A stretch of DNA of 64,000 bases from Clostridiales bacterium (lineage in GTDB: Bacteria; Bacillota; Clostridia; Saccharofermentanales; Saccharofermentanaceae): NCBI GenBank assembly GCA_017513085.1, contig JAFWDK010000003.1:32001-96000 (forward strand). The letters run 5' to 3'. Below, piece by piece: positions 1 through 9,003 of the stretch. Each line of letters begins with the position of its first letter. The stretch's first letter is position 1. Made by a program: the position numbers and the translations under genes. The notes beneath the pieces were generated by a model. The model was not told where the DNA came from. It ran no database searches and was given only the letters and a program-made list of their open reading frames with translations.

Positions 1-243
1 TATATTTTCTTCAGGACATACTTTTCTGAAAAAAGCATCCGGGATCTGAAGGAGCATACCTGCTCCATCACCCGTATTCTCATCGCTTCCCTCACCACCA
101 CGATGGGCAAGGTTTGCAAGGATCTTCAGACCGTCTTTCACCGTCTGGTGAGTTCTTTTGCCGTGGATGTTCACGACAAAACCGATACCACAAGCGTCAT
201 GCTCGTAGTCCGGCGAATAAAGTCCCTGCTTTTGCATCATCAT
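1..243 (-). CDS. gltB: Glutamate synthase large subunit, N-terminal fragment (runs off the window)
   Basis: Not in the ORF track. Manual translation gives MMMQKQGLYSPDYEHDACGIGFVVNIHGK...LAHRGGEGSDENTGDGAG, which has the EHDACG, HRG and GDGAG motifs of GltB. RBS AAGGAGG at 257-251. Confidence 0.93.
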   Translation of the reverse strand, partial: MMMQKQGLYSPDYEHDACGIGFVVNIHGKRTHQTVKDGLKILANLAHRGGEGSDENTGDGAGMLLQIPDAFFRKVCPEENI

Positions 244-342
244 AAAAATTCCTCCTTAGGTCGAGAAAGTGCCGCGGGAGGATCGTTCGCAAGCGCATCG
301 CGCCGGATCCGCCGCTTCTTTTCGGAAGCAGTCCGTCAGCAC

Positions 343-371
343 TTAGCGTCATTGCTAAATCTTCATTGCTT
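343..371 (-). promoter_or_regulatory. Tandem ANTAR-binding hairpins in the gltB leader
   Basis: Minus strand reads AGC-AATGAA-GAT then TTAGC-AATGAC-GCTAA (hexaloops with A1 and G4). A long GC-rich stem follows. Promoter TTGCAA(402-397)-N17-TATTAT(379-374). Confidence 0.75.
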
Positions 372-687
372 GCATAATATCATTTTGCAAGTTTTATTGC
401 AACATCTTGCAATTATCAGAGCAAAAAACGATAAAAAATGTGCATTATTTGTTTAGTTATGCATTTCTCTCTTGCCGATTATTCATTTTTATTCGATAGA
501 TCGTATAAAGAATGCATCTTTTCGAATGCTTCGTCAAAGCTTTATGCCTTTTCCGACTGAAGCATCATCTTTACTTTTGACATATAGTATCCGGAGCGGA
601 ATTTCTCCGAGATCAGTTCTTGATACGCGAAAGTTCCGATTTTATTGCAGCGTGTCTCTCTTATAAGTAATCAAGTTCATTTTTCAT

Positions 688-1487
688 TATCTTCTCGCAG
701 GCTGGATAAGATCATTTGGAGGAACTCGGCGATTTGATCTTACTTCCTCACTGGCTGGATAAGACCATTTAGAGGAAATCGGCGATTTGATCTTATCTTC
801 TCGCAGGCTGGATAAGACCATTTAGAGGAAATCAGTAATTTGATCTTACTTTCTCGCAGGCCGGATAAGACCATTTAGAGGAAATCAGTAATTTGATCTT
901 ATCTTCTCACTGGCTGGATAAGATCATTTGGAGGAAATCGGCGATTTGATCTTATCTTCTCACTGCCCAGATAAGACCATTTGGAGATAATCAGTAATTT
1001 GATCTTACTTTCTCGCAGGCCGGATAAGACCATTTAAAGGAAATCGTCGATTTGATCTTACTTCCTCGCAGGCCAGATAAGACCATTTGGAGAGAATCAG
1101 TAATTTGATCTTACTTTCTCGCAAGCTGGATAAGACCATTTGGATGAAATCAGTAATTTGATCTTATCTTCTCACTGCCCGGATAAGACCATTTAAAGGA
1201 AATCGGCAATTTGATCTTATCTTCTCACTGCCCGGATAAGACCATTTGTAGATAATCGGCAATTTGATCTTACTTCCTCGCAGGCCGGATAAGACCATTT
1301 AGAGGAACTCGGCGATTTGATCTTACTTCCTCACTGCCCGGATAAGACCATTTAGATGAACTCGACAATTTGATCTTATCTTCTCGCAAGCCAGATAAGA
1401 CCATTTGGAGGAACTCGGCGATTTAATCTTACTTCCTCACTGCCCGGATAAGACCATTTGGAGGAAATCGGCGATTTGATCTTATCT
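688..1487. repeat. Tandem array of 15 degenerate 53-bp units
   Basis: GATAAGA(T/C)CATTT recurs at an exact 53-bp period (core at 704, 757, 810 ... 1446). Unit approx. TTAYYTYCTCRCWGSCYGGATAAGAYCATTTRGAGGAAMTCRGYRATTTGATC. Confidence 0.97.
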
Positions 1488-1536
1488 AGGTCTGGAAGAT
1501 CGTGAAAAGAAAATATGTCGGGAAGATCGCGGAAAG

Positions 1537-1567
1537 AAAACGGCTGCCTCGTGTGAGACAGCCACTT
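1537..1567 (-). terminator. Intrinsic terminator downstream of dapL
   Basis: Minus strand GGCTGTCTC-ACAC-GAGGCAGCC followed by GTTTTCTTT. Confidence 0.6.
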
Positions 1568-1909
1568 CTGCAATAAAATATCACGGTCACTTTGTCTTTA
1601 GGATATTCATTGCCGCGTCGTAGACATTTTTACTTACATACACGGCACATATCGTCGGAAGCGAAAAGCCCCCTGCCCGAAGCGTCCGACTCCGGCACCA
1701 CTGACCAGATCGGCTACATGTTCGGCGTCGTAATTCTGGACATCGTACTTGATACCCGCCGTTTTCAGAGCACCTGCAATTTCAAAAACTAATCGGTTTT
1801 CGGTCCGCTGAAAACTTCGCGTTTTTAAACCTCATTATTTCTTCCCGCCTGCGTTCAAAATGCCATCATTATTGCAACCGGAAAAAGTTTTATCCAGCGG
1901 GAAAAGCAC

Positions 1910-3100
1910 TCACCCTTCGCCATAGATCTCCTTGATGCGCTTCATCGCTTCGATCGTGTTGTCGCAGGTGTTGAAGGAAGTAAATCTTACATAGCCTTCG
2001 CCGCATTCGCCAAAGCCGGAGCCAGGCGTGCAGATCACATTGGCACAGGAGAGCAGTTCATCGAAGAAAGCCCAGGACTTCATCTCCTTCGGGCATTTGA
2101 CCCAGAGATAAGGCGAGTTTTTCCCACCGGTAAAAGGCCACTTCAGTTCCGTGAAAGTCTCCGCCATCACACGGGCATTCTCCTTGTAGTATGCGATATT
2201 TTCCAGGATCTGCGCATGGCCGGCATCTTTCAGGCAGGCAGCCGCTGCACGCTGCACCGGGTAGGAGACACCATTGAACTTGGTCGTCTGGCGTCGCAAC
2301 CACATCTTCCGGAGTTGCACGCCGTCACGTACAAGTCCCGCCGGCACGATGGTATAACCGCACCGCACGCCTGTAAAACCTGCTGTCTTAGAAAAAGAAC
2401 AGAACTCAATGGCGCAGGATCTTGAGCCTTCGATCTCGTAGATGGAACGCGGTATATCCGGATCTGAGATAAAAGATTCATAGGCCGCATCAAAAAGGAT
2501 CACGGAACCATGCTCATTTGCATAATCCACCCAGATCTTCAGACGCTGTCTGTCGTACGCCGCACCGGTCGGATTATTCGGAGAACAAAGGTAGATGATA
2601 TCCGCTGCAAGTCCTGGGAAAGGCATCGGAAGAAAATCATTATCGGCCGTGGCCGAAAGCTTGACGATCTTTCTTCCTGCCATCACATTGGTATCGACAT
2701 AGACCGGATAGACCGGATCCGTCACGGCAACAACATTATCCACATCAAAGATATCGAGGATATTTCCAAGATCGCTCTTCGCACCGTCACTGACGAAGAT
2801 CTCATCGCTGAAGAGTTTCACTCCGCAATTTCTGTTATAGTAATCGGAGATCTCATCTCTCAGGAACTCATAGCCCTGTTCCGGACCGTAACCGTGAAAA
2901 CCTTCCGCGGTTCCCATCTCTTCCGAAGCCTTGATCAGCGCATCCACAGCAGCCGGACAAAGCGGCCGCGTGACATCGCCGATGCCCATTTTGATCAGAG
3001 AAGCGCTATGATTTTCCGCCATGAATTTCCTGACACGTTCGGCCACTTCCGAAAACAGGTATGTTTCTTCGATGTTCTGGTAATTCTTGTTGATCTTCAT
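1910..3100 (-). CDS. dapL: LL-diaminopimelate aminotransferase
   Basis: GIGDVT, GYGPEQG, SDGAKSD, CSPNNPTG and SFSKTAGFTGVRCG (PLP lysine) motifs; adjacent to dapF. Confidence 0.95.
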   Translation of the reverse strand: MKINKNYQNIEETYLFSEVAERVRKFMAENHSASLIKMGIGDVTRPLCPAAVDALIKASEEMGTAEGFHGYGPEQGYEFLRDEISDYYNRNCGVKLFSDEIFVSDGAKSDLGNILDIFDVDNVVAVTDPVYPVYVDTNVMAGRKIVKLSATADNDFLPMPFPGLAADIIYLCSPNNPTGAAYDRQRLKIWVDYANEHGSVILFDAAYESFISDPDIPRSIYEIEGSRSCAIEFCSFSKTAGFTGVRCGYTIVPAGLVRDGVQLRKMWLRRQTTKFNGVSYPVQRAAAACLKDAGHAQILENIAYYKENARVMAETFTELKWPFTGGKNSPYLWVKCPKEMKSWAFFDELLSCANVICTPGSGFGECGEGYVRFTSFNTCDNTIEAMKRIKEIYGEG

Positions 3101-3114
3101 GTTCCTCTTCCTCC

Positions 3115-3966
3115 TTATACTTCGATCACACCATCGAAACTGACTACGGCAGGACCTGTCATGAGCACACGTTCATCGGTGTAATTAATCACAAGTTCGC
3201 CACCGTTCAGGATCACGCGCACGTCTTCGCCCTTGTTAACGTATCCATTAAGGCATGCCGCCACGACCGAAGCACAAGTCCCCGTCCCGCATGCCCACGT
3301 CTCGCCGGATCCTCTCTCCCAGACACGCATCCGGAGAAGCCCCGGTCCCAGGACTTCTACAAACTCTGTATTCACACTTTCCGGAAACATCGGATGATGT
3401 TCAAACTTCGGACCGACGGAAGCAAGATCCATCTTCTCCACATCCTTCACAAAAAGCACTACGTGAGGATTTCCCATCGATACACAAGTAATGCGGAAGG
3501 TATTTCCGTCTATCTCAACTTCCCGATCGACTACACGATCACCGGGCAGATCCACAGGGATCAGTTCCGGCGACAAGATCGCACGACCCATATCGACTGT
3601 TGCACTTACTGCTTCACCCTGTTCACCCAGCTGCAGCTTAAGCTTCTTGATCCCGCTCTTCGTTTCGATCGTAAGGGTATCCTTTTTCACGTGCCACTTA
3701 TCGTGGACAAACTTACCGACACAGCGTATGCCGTTGCCGCACATCTTTCCTTCTGAACCATCGAGATTGAACATGACCATCTTGGCATCCGCCACCTCGG
3801 ACGGAGCGACCAGGATCAGGCCATCGCTGCCGATCCCGAAATGCCTGTCCGAGATCCGTACAGACAGAGAAACCGGATCCTCTATCTCATATTGACGGGC
3901 ATCTATATATACATAATCATTTCCACAACCCTGCATCTTCGTGAATGCACACTTCATTTTCTTCAC
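3115..3966 (-). CDS. dapF: Diaminopimelate epimerase
   Basis: FTKMQGCGND, MCGNGIRC, SMGNPH and ERGSGETWACGTG motifs. Confidence 0.96.
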   Translation of the reverse strand: MKKMKCAFTKMQGCGNDYVYIDARQYEIEDPVSLSVRISDRHFGIGSDGLILVAPSEVADAKMVMFNLDGSEGKMCGNGIRCVGKFVHDKWHVKKDTLTIETKSGIKKLKLQLGEQGEAVSATVDMGRAILSPELIPVDLPGDRVVDREVEIDGNTFRITCVSMGNPHVVLFVKDVEKMDLASVGPKFEHHPMFPESVNTEFVEVLGPGLLRMRVWERGSGETWACGTGTCASVVAACLNGYVNKGEDVRVILNGGELVINYTDERVLMTGPAVVSFDGVIEV

Positions 3967-3987
3967 CTCTTTCGGTCAGATCCAAAG

Positions 3988-4016
3988 CATAACTTCACGC
4001 CATTGTGCATGTTATG
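3988..4016 (-). promoter_or_regulatory. ANTAR-type hairpin upstream of dapF
   Basis: Minus strand CAC-AATGGC-GTG (4007-3996) inside an outer CATAAC/GTTATG stem. Confidence 0.6.
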
Positions 4017-4036
4017 TATTCTGTTTTTTTAATCAG

Positions 4037-4621
4037 TTATTCTTCGTAAGTTTTGATGATCTCATAAGCGACTTCCGCTCTCGTGCGCCCGCTGTTCATG
4101 GCTTCTTTCTCGATGAACTTATGCGCCTCCTCTTCCGAAAACGCCAGCGTCTGCATGAGGAGCAGTTTGCCACGCACGATCACTTTCTCATCGTCAAGTT
4201 TTTTCTTCAGCGCACACAATCTGATGTGTGCCATATCGGCTGCATTGATCGCTGTGGCAAAAGCACTCTGCGTGAGCGGACGTGTCAGTATCGTGGCGCC
4301 AAGATCAAGAAGTGTCTTTCTTGCCGTCTTACTATCCGGATCGGACAGAACTTCCTCTTCCGCCAGGAAAAGCACACTGGCTGTCGGATGCGTTACGGCG
4401 ATCCTGCACGCCTTCTGGGCTTTGGGATCCGCGATCGGCGCAGATACGATCAGAAGACCATAGTCGCCTTTTCTTGCAAGCTCTAAACCATTCTCCGGAA
4501 GCGAACTCCAGATAATATCATGCGGATGCTTGAGGCTTTTCCGTATGAGATCTTCCAGCACGCGGTTCGCGCCGGCCACCGTTCTTAATATAAGAACCTT
4601 ATCAATACCAGTTGAACTCAT
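4037..4621 (-). CDS. ANTAR-domain antiterminator with receiver-like N-terminus (NitR-like)
   Basis: C-terminal RGKLLLMQTLAFSEEEAHKFIEKEAMNSGRTRAEVAYEII is an ANTAR signature. Start moved to ATG 4621 (RBS GAGGTG). Confidence 0.9.
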   Translation of the reverse strand: MSSTGIDKVLILRTVAGANRVLEDLIRKSLKHPHDIIWSSLPENGLELARKGDYGLLIVSAPIADPKAQKACRIAVTHPTASVLFLAEEEVLSDPDSKTARKTLLDLGATILTRPLTQSAFATAINAADMAHIRLCALKKKLDDEKVIVRGKLLLMQTLAFSEEEAHKFIEKEAMNSGRTRAEVAYEIIKTYEE

Positions 4622-4815
4622 TCCGATCACCTCTTTTATTCCGGGTCCCGGCATATCCAAAACCCCATCCTATGCTTACAGTAGTTAGTCTACACTTACT
4701 CCTGTGTTTTTGCAACTTCTTTTTTGTCAAAATTCATTCAACATGAAAAACATTCATTTTTCTCATCAATTTTGACAAATAATGCAAGTTTTGCAAAAAG
4801 ATTATTCATTTTGTG

Positions 4816-4897
4816 TTGACAGGCGGATTCTTTTGTCGTATCCTACCGACATAAAGCAAAGGCGCTTGGAACCAAGGAACGGGTCCCAAGCGCTTTT
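4816..4897 (+). promoter_or_regulatory. Glutamine synthetase promoter, ANTAR hairpin and overlapping attenuator
   Basis: TTGACA(4816)-N17-TATCCT(4839). AAGC-AAAGGC-GCTT at 4854-4867 overlaps the 5' arm of stem AAAGGCGCTTGG/CCAAGCGCTTTT (4858-4897). Confidence 0.8.
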
Positions 4898-4921
4898 GAC
4901 GTTTTTAAGGAGGAAAGAACT

Positions 4922-7018
4922 ATGACTAACGTACCTGAGATCTTCGGAACTATGGTTTTTAATGAACAGATCATGAAGGCCCGTCTCCCGAAAGAAACTT
5001 ACAAAGCAATGAAGAAGACTATTAATGAAGGACTTCCGTTGAATATAGAGATCGCGAATGTAGTGGCAAATGCTATGAAAGACTGGGCAACCGAGAAGGG
5101 TGCCACACACTTCACACATTGGTTCCAGCCATTGACCGGCATCACAGCCGAGAAGCACGACAGCTTCATCTCCCCTACATCTGATGGTGGCGTGATCATG
5201 GAGTTCTCGGGCAAAGAACTGGTCCAGGGTGAGCCGGATGCTTCTTCCTTCCCGAGCGGCGGACTCCGTGCAACATTCGAGGCAAGAGGATATACAGCAT
5301 GGGATCCGACAAGCTTCGCTTTCATTAAAGACAATACACTCTGCATCCCGACCGCATTCTGTTCTTACAGCGGCGAGGCACTCGACAAGAAGACACCTCT
5401 TCTCCGCTCGATGGAAGTGATCAGCAAGCAGGCAGTAAGAATCTTAAGACTCTTCGGAAATACGGACCCGCACCTTACAGTAAAGACAACAGTTGGTCCT
5501 GAACAGGAATACTTCCTCATTCCGGTTGAACTCTATAATCAGAGAAAAGACCTGATCTTTACAGGAAGAACACTTTTTGGAGCCAAAGCACCGAAGGGCC
5601 AGGAGCTCGAAGACCATTACTTCGGTTCCATCAAGCCGAGAGTTTCCGCTTACATGAAAGATCTCGACGAAGAACTCTGGAAACTGGGTGTACTTGCTAA
5701 GACAAAGCATAACGAAGTAGCTCCGGCACAGCACGAATTGGCACCGATCTTTACAACGACCAATATCGCAACCGATCACAACCAGCTGATGATGGAGATC
5801 ATGCAGAAAGTTGCGAAGAAACACGGTCTGGTTTGCCTCCTTCACGAAAAGCCATTCGCAGGTGTAAACGGATCCGGTAAGCATAACAACTGGTCCATCT
5901 CCACATCTTCTGGTGTGAACCTCCTTGAACCCGGCGATACACCTTCTGAGAATGCCCAGTTCCTGCTCTTCCTGGCAGCAGTCATCCGTGCAGTAGATGT
6001 ACATCAGGATCTGCTCCGTATCTCGGTTGCGACCGCAGGAAACGATCATCGTCTTGGTGCAAACGAAGCACCGCCGGCAGTTGTATCCATGTTCTTAGGT
6101 GATGAACTCAATGCAATCATCGAGTCTATCGTAGAAGGCAAAACATACGACCAGCACGAGAAAGTACAGATGGAGATCGGTGTAGACGTTCTTCCGAAGT
6201 TCCCGAAGGATTCTACAGACAGAAACAGAACTTCCCCGTTCGCATTTACCGGTAATAAGTTCGAATTCAGAATGTTAGGTTCCGCTAACTCCATCGCATG
6301 TGCGAACATCATGCTGAATACAGCAGTTGCAGACAGCCTCTGTGAGTTTGCCGACAGACTCGAAAAGGCAAGTGATTTTAATGCAGAGCTTTCAGCACTC
6401 ATTAAGGAAACGATCACCGCTCATAAGAGGATCATCTTTAACGGCAACGGTTACGATGAGAGCTGGATCAAGGAAGCAACCGAAGAAAGAGGTCTTCTCA
6501 ATCTCCGTTCCACACCGGAAGCGATGGAACGTTTTCTCGATCAGAAGAACAAAGATCTGTTCTTAAAGTTTGGTGTATTTAGTCTTGCAGAAATGCAGAG
6601 CAGACACGATATCCTCCTGGAGAACTACAGCAAGATCATCAATATCGAAGCACTCACCATGATCGATATGGCAAGAAAGGATATCCTGCCGGCAGTGACT
6701 TCCTACATCAAGGAACTCGCAGATACAGCGATCGCAGTACAGCAGGCCAGCGGCGCAGATACAGCTTTTGAAAAAGATCTGATCACGCAGCTCAGCAAGC
6801 TCCAGAGCGATATCGCAGCAAGAACCAAGGTCCTTGAAGATGCGGTGATCGAAGTACACGAAATCTCCGATATCCTTGCCCAGTCCTATGCATATAGAGA
6901 TAAGGTATTCGTGGCTATGCAGGATCTCCGTGCAGCCGCAGATCAGGCAGAGTCCCTCTGCAGTGCCAAGATCTGGCCGTTCCCGACATACGGCGAACTG
7001 CTCTTCGGAGTAAGATAA
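4922..7018 (+). CDS. glnN: Glutamine synthetase type III
   Basis: 698 aa; [44 protein letters not shown] and [18 protein letters not shown] motifs. Confidence 0.96.
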   Translation: MTNVPEIFGTMVFNEQIMKARLPKETYKAMKKTINEGLPLNIEIANVVANAMKDWATEKGATHFTHWFQPLTGITAEKHDSFISPTSDGGVIMEFSGKELVQGEPDASSFPSGGLRATFEARGYTAWDPTSFAFIKDNTLCIPTAFCSYSGEALDKKTPLLRSMEVISKQAVRILRLFGNTDPHLTVKTTVGPEQEYFLIPVELYNQRKDLIFTGRTLFGAKAPKGQELEDHYFGSIKPRVSAYMKDLDEELWKLGVLAKTKHNEVAPAQHELAPIFTTTNIATDHNQLMMEIMQKVAKKHGLVCLLHEKPFAGVNGSGKHNNWSISTSSGVNLLEPGDTPSENAQFLLFLAAVIRAVDVHQDLLRISVATAGNDHRLGANEAPPAVVSMFLGDELNAIIESIVEGKTYDQHEKVQMEIGVDVLPKFPKDSTDRNRTSPFAFTGNKFEFRMLGSANSIACANIMLNTAVADSLCEFADRLEKASDFNAELSALIKETITAHKRIIFNGNGYDESWIKEATEERGLLNLRSTPEAMERFLDQKNKDLFLKFGVFSLAEMQSRHDILLENYSKIINIEALTMIDMARKDILPAVTSYIKELADTAIAVQQASGADTAFEKDLITQLSKLQSDIAARTKVLEDAVIEVHEISDILAQSYAYRDKVFVAMQDLRAAADQAESLCSAKIWPFPTYGELLFGVR

Positions 7019-7046
7019 GAAAGTAAATAGTGAAGTAAGAAAAAAG

Positions 7047-7106
7047 CAGCAAAGGTGCTGTAGCTCTCACCCGGAAACGGGATCCGCTACAGCACCTTCT
7101 CTGTTT
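7047..7106 (+). promoter_or_regulatory. ANTAR hairpin overlapping an attenuator upstream of amt
   Basis: CAGC-AAAGGT-GCTG (7047-7060) overlaps stem AAGGTGCTGTAGC/GCTACAGCACCTT (7052-7098), followed by CTCTGTTT. Confidence 0.8.
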
Positions 7107-7138
7107 ACTTCACAAGAAGAAAAAATGAGGTGAATAAA

Positions 7139-8917
7139 ATGGAAGCATTAGTACAGTCAGCAAACGACACTATATTCAGTGTATGGTTCTTAATGGGAGC
7201 CGCCCTGGTCTTCTTCATGCAGGCAGGTTTCGCAATGGTTGAGACCGGCTTTACCAGAGCAAAAAACGCAGGAAACATCATCATGAAAAACCTGATGGAT
7301 TTCTGTATCGGTACTGTAGTTTTCAGTCTTTTGGGTTTCGCCCTCATGATGAGTGAAGATTACATCATGGGTTTCATCGGTGTTCCGAACCTGAAGATCT
7401 TCTCGGATTTTAGTAACTTCCCAATGTCCGCTTTCGTATTCAACCTGGTATTCTGCGCTACCGCTGCAACGATCGTTTCCGGTGCCATGGCAGAAAGAAC
7501 CAAGTTCTCCGCATACTGCGTATATAGTGGTATCATCAGCCTGGTCGTATATCCGATCGAAGCCGGTTGGGTATGGAACTCTCAGGGCTGGCTCGCAAAG
7601 CTCGGTTTCATCGATTTCGCAGGTTCTGCAGCGATCCATTCCGTCGGCGGTATCACCGCTCTGATCGGTGCGATCATCCTTGGGCCCCGTATCGGTAAGT
7701 ACGTCAAAGACCAGAGCGGCAAGATCGTTAAGGTTAAGGCGATCCAGGGTCACTCCTTAACACTCGGTGCTCTCGGTTGCTTCATTCTCTGGTTCGGCTG
7801 GTATGGATTCAACGGTGCCGCCGCAACATCGATCTCTTCTCTTGCAGCTATCTTCGTAACCACAACAGTTGCTCCGGCAGTTGCCACATGCGTCACCATG
7901 ATCTATACATGGATCAAGAACGGCAAGCCTGATGTATCGATGTGCCTGAACGCCTCTCTGGCAGGTCTTGTTGGTGTAACTGCAGGTTGTAACAACGTAG
8001 ATGTTATCGGTGCCGCGATCATCGGTATCGTAAGTGGTATCCTCGTCGTAGTAGTCATTGAAAAACTCGATATCAAGTGTCACGTAGATGACCCGGTCGG
8101 TGCGGTAGGTGTTCACCTGGCAAACGGTGTCTGGGGTACGATCGCAGCAGGTCTCCTCTCCACTTCCACAGCCGATGCCGGAGTAGACGGACCGATCTAT
8201 GCACTCATTCACGGCACATCTTTTTCCGAAGGCATGAAGGTACTCGGTGTACAGTTCTTAGGTATTGGCGCGATCCTTGCCTGGACAGCCGCCTGCATGA
8301 TTCCTGCATTCCTTCTCATCAAAAAGACCATCGGCCTTCGTGCTTCCGCAGAAGACGAGCTCGCCGGTATGGATATCTCCGAACATGGTCTCGTATCCGC
8401 TTATGCTGACTTCGCATCGGTAGCTGACTTTGCTCCGACAGTAGATGACTCTGCACTCGCAGGAATCAAGGTCATCGGTGAGACACCCATGGCAGAAGCT
8501 GTTGAAGTCAAAGAAGTCGCCAGAGCTGCTTCCGGCATCTCCTACAAGAGTCCTGACGGAAAGAAGCTCACCAAGATCGAGATCGTCTGCAAAGAGCGCA
8601 TGCTCGAACCACTTAAGTCCGCGCTCCTTGACATCGGTATCACCGGCATGACCGTTTCCCATGTACTGGGTTGCGGCATCCAGAAAGGCAAACCTGAATT
8701 CTATCGAGGCGTTGAAGTGGAACCTTCACTTCTCCCGAAGATCCAGATGGATATCGTGGTAGCCAGAGTTCCGGTACAAGCCGTTATCGATACCGCGAAA
8801 AAAGTACTCTACACCGGTCACATCGGTGACGGCAAGATCTTCGTCTACGATGTGGAGAACGTCATCAAAGTACGAACCAGTGAAGAAGGATTCGACGCCT
8901 TACAAGACGTTGAATAA
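7139..8917 (+). CDS. amtB: Ammonium transporter fused to a C-terminal P-II domain
   Basis: FMQAGFAMVE, DFAGS, WFGWYGFN and DDPVGA Amt motifs, then GCGIQKG..EFYRG and TGHIGDGKIFV PII motifs. Confidence 0.95.
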   Translation: MEALVQSANDTIFSVWFLMGAALVFFMQAGFAMVETGFTRAKNAGNIIMKNLMDFCIGTVVFSLLGFALMMSEDYIMGFIGVPNLKIFSDFSNFPMSAFVFNLVFCATAATIVSGAMAERTKFSAYCVYSGIISLVVYPIEAGWVWNSQGWLAKLGFIDFAGSAAIHSVGGITALIGAIILGPRIGKYVKDQSGKIVKVKAIQGHSLTLGALGCFILWFGWYGFNGAAATSISSLAAIFVTTTVAPAVATCVTMIYTWIKNGKPDVSMCLNASLAGLVGVTAGCNNVDVIGAAIIGIVSGILVVVVIEKLDIKCHVDDPVGAVGVHLANGVWGTIAAGLLSTSTADAGVDGPIYALIHGTSFSEGMKVLGVQFLGIGAILAWTAACMIPAFLLIKKTIGLRASAEDELAGMDISEHGLVSAYADFASVADFAPTVDDSALAGIKVIGETPMAEAVEVKEVARAASGISYKSPDGKKLTKIEIVCKERMLEPLKSALLDIGITGMTVSHVLGCGIQKGKPEFYRGVEVEPSLLPKIQMDIVVARVPVQAVIDTAKKVLYTGHIGDGKIFVYDVENVIKVRTSEEGFDALQDVE

Positions 8918-8938
8918 TACATAATCTGAAATTCCATC

Positions 8939-8969
8939 GGAGTCCCGCCGGATACGGCAGGGCTCCTTT
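8939..8969 (+). terminator. Terminator-like hairpin between amt and asnB
   Basis: GGAGTCCCGCCG-GATA-CGGCAGGGCTCC followed by TTT. Confidence 0.45.
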
Positions 8970-9003
8970 GGATATTTCAATATATATCGGAGGAATAAAA
9001 CAA

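Noticed and set aside
688-1487. CRISPR array
   Set aside because: The whole 53-bp unit repeats; there are no unique spacers and no cas genes.
1491-1540. Two 27-bp-period copies (TC.GGAAGATCG.G.AAAGAAAA) next to the array
   Set aside because: Only two degenerate copies; no function can be supported.
1376-1573. 65-aa ORF running into the repeat
   Set aside because: It starts inside a terminator hairpin, and the repeat period is not a multiple of 3.
1587-1835. Possible frameshifted small gene on the minus strand (..AGALKTAGIKYDV.. / ..VYVSKNVYDAAMNILKTK)
   Set aside because: It needs two frame changes and I cannot confirm homology; tBLASTx would decide.
4684-4699. GTTAGT-CTAC-ACTTAC upstream of the ANTAR gene as an island operator
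   Set aside because: Three mismatches and a nitrogen-gene context; chance is likely.
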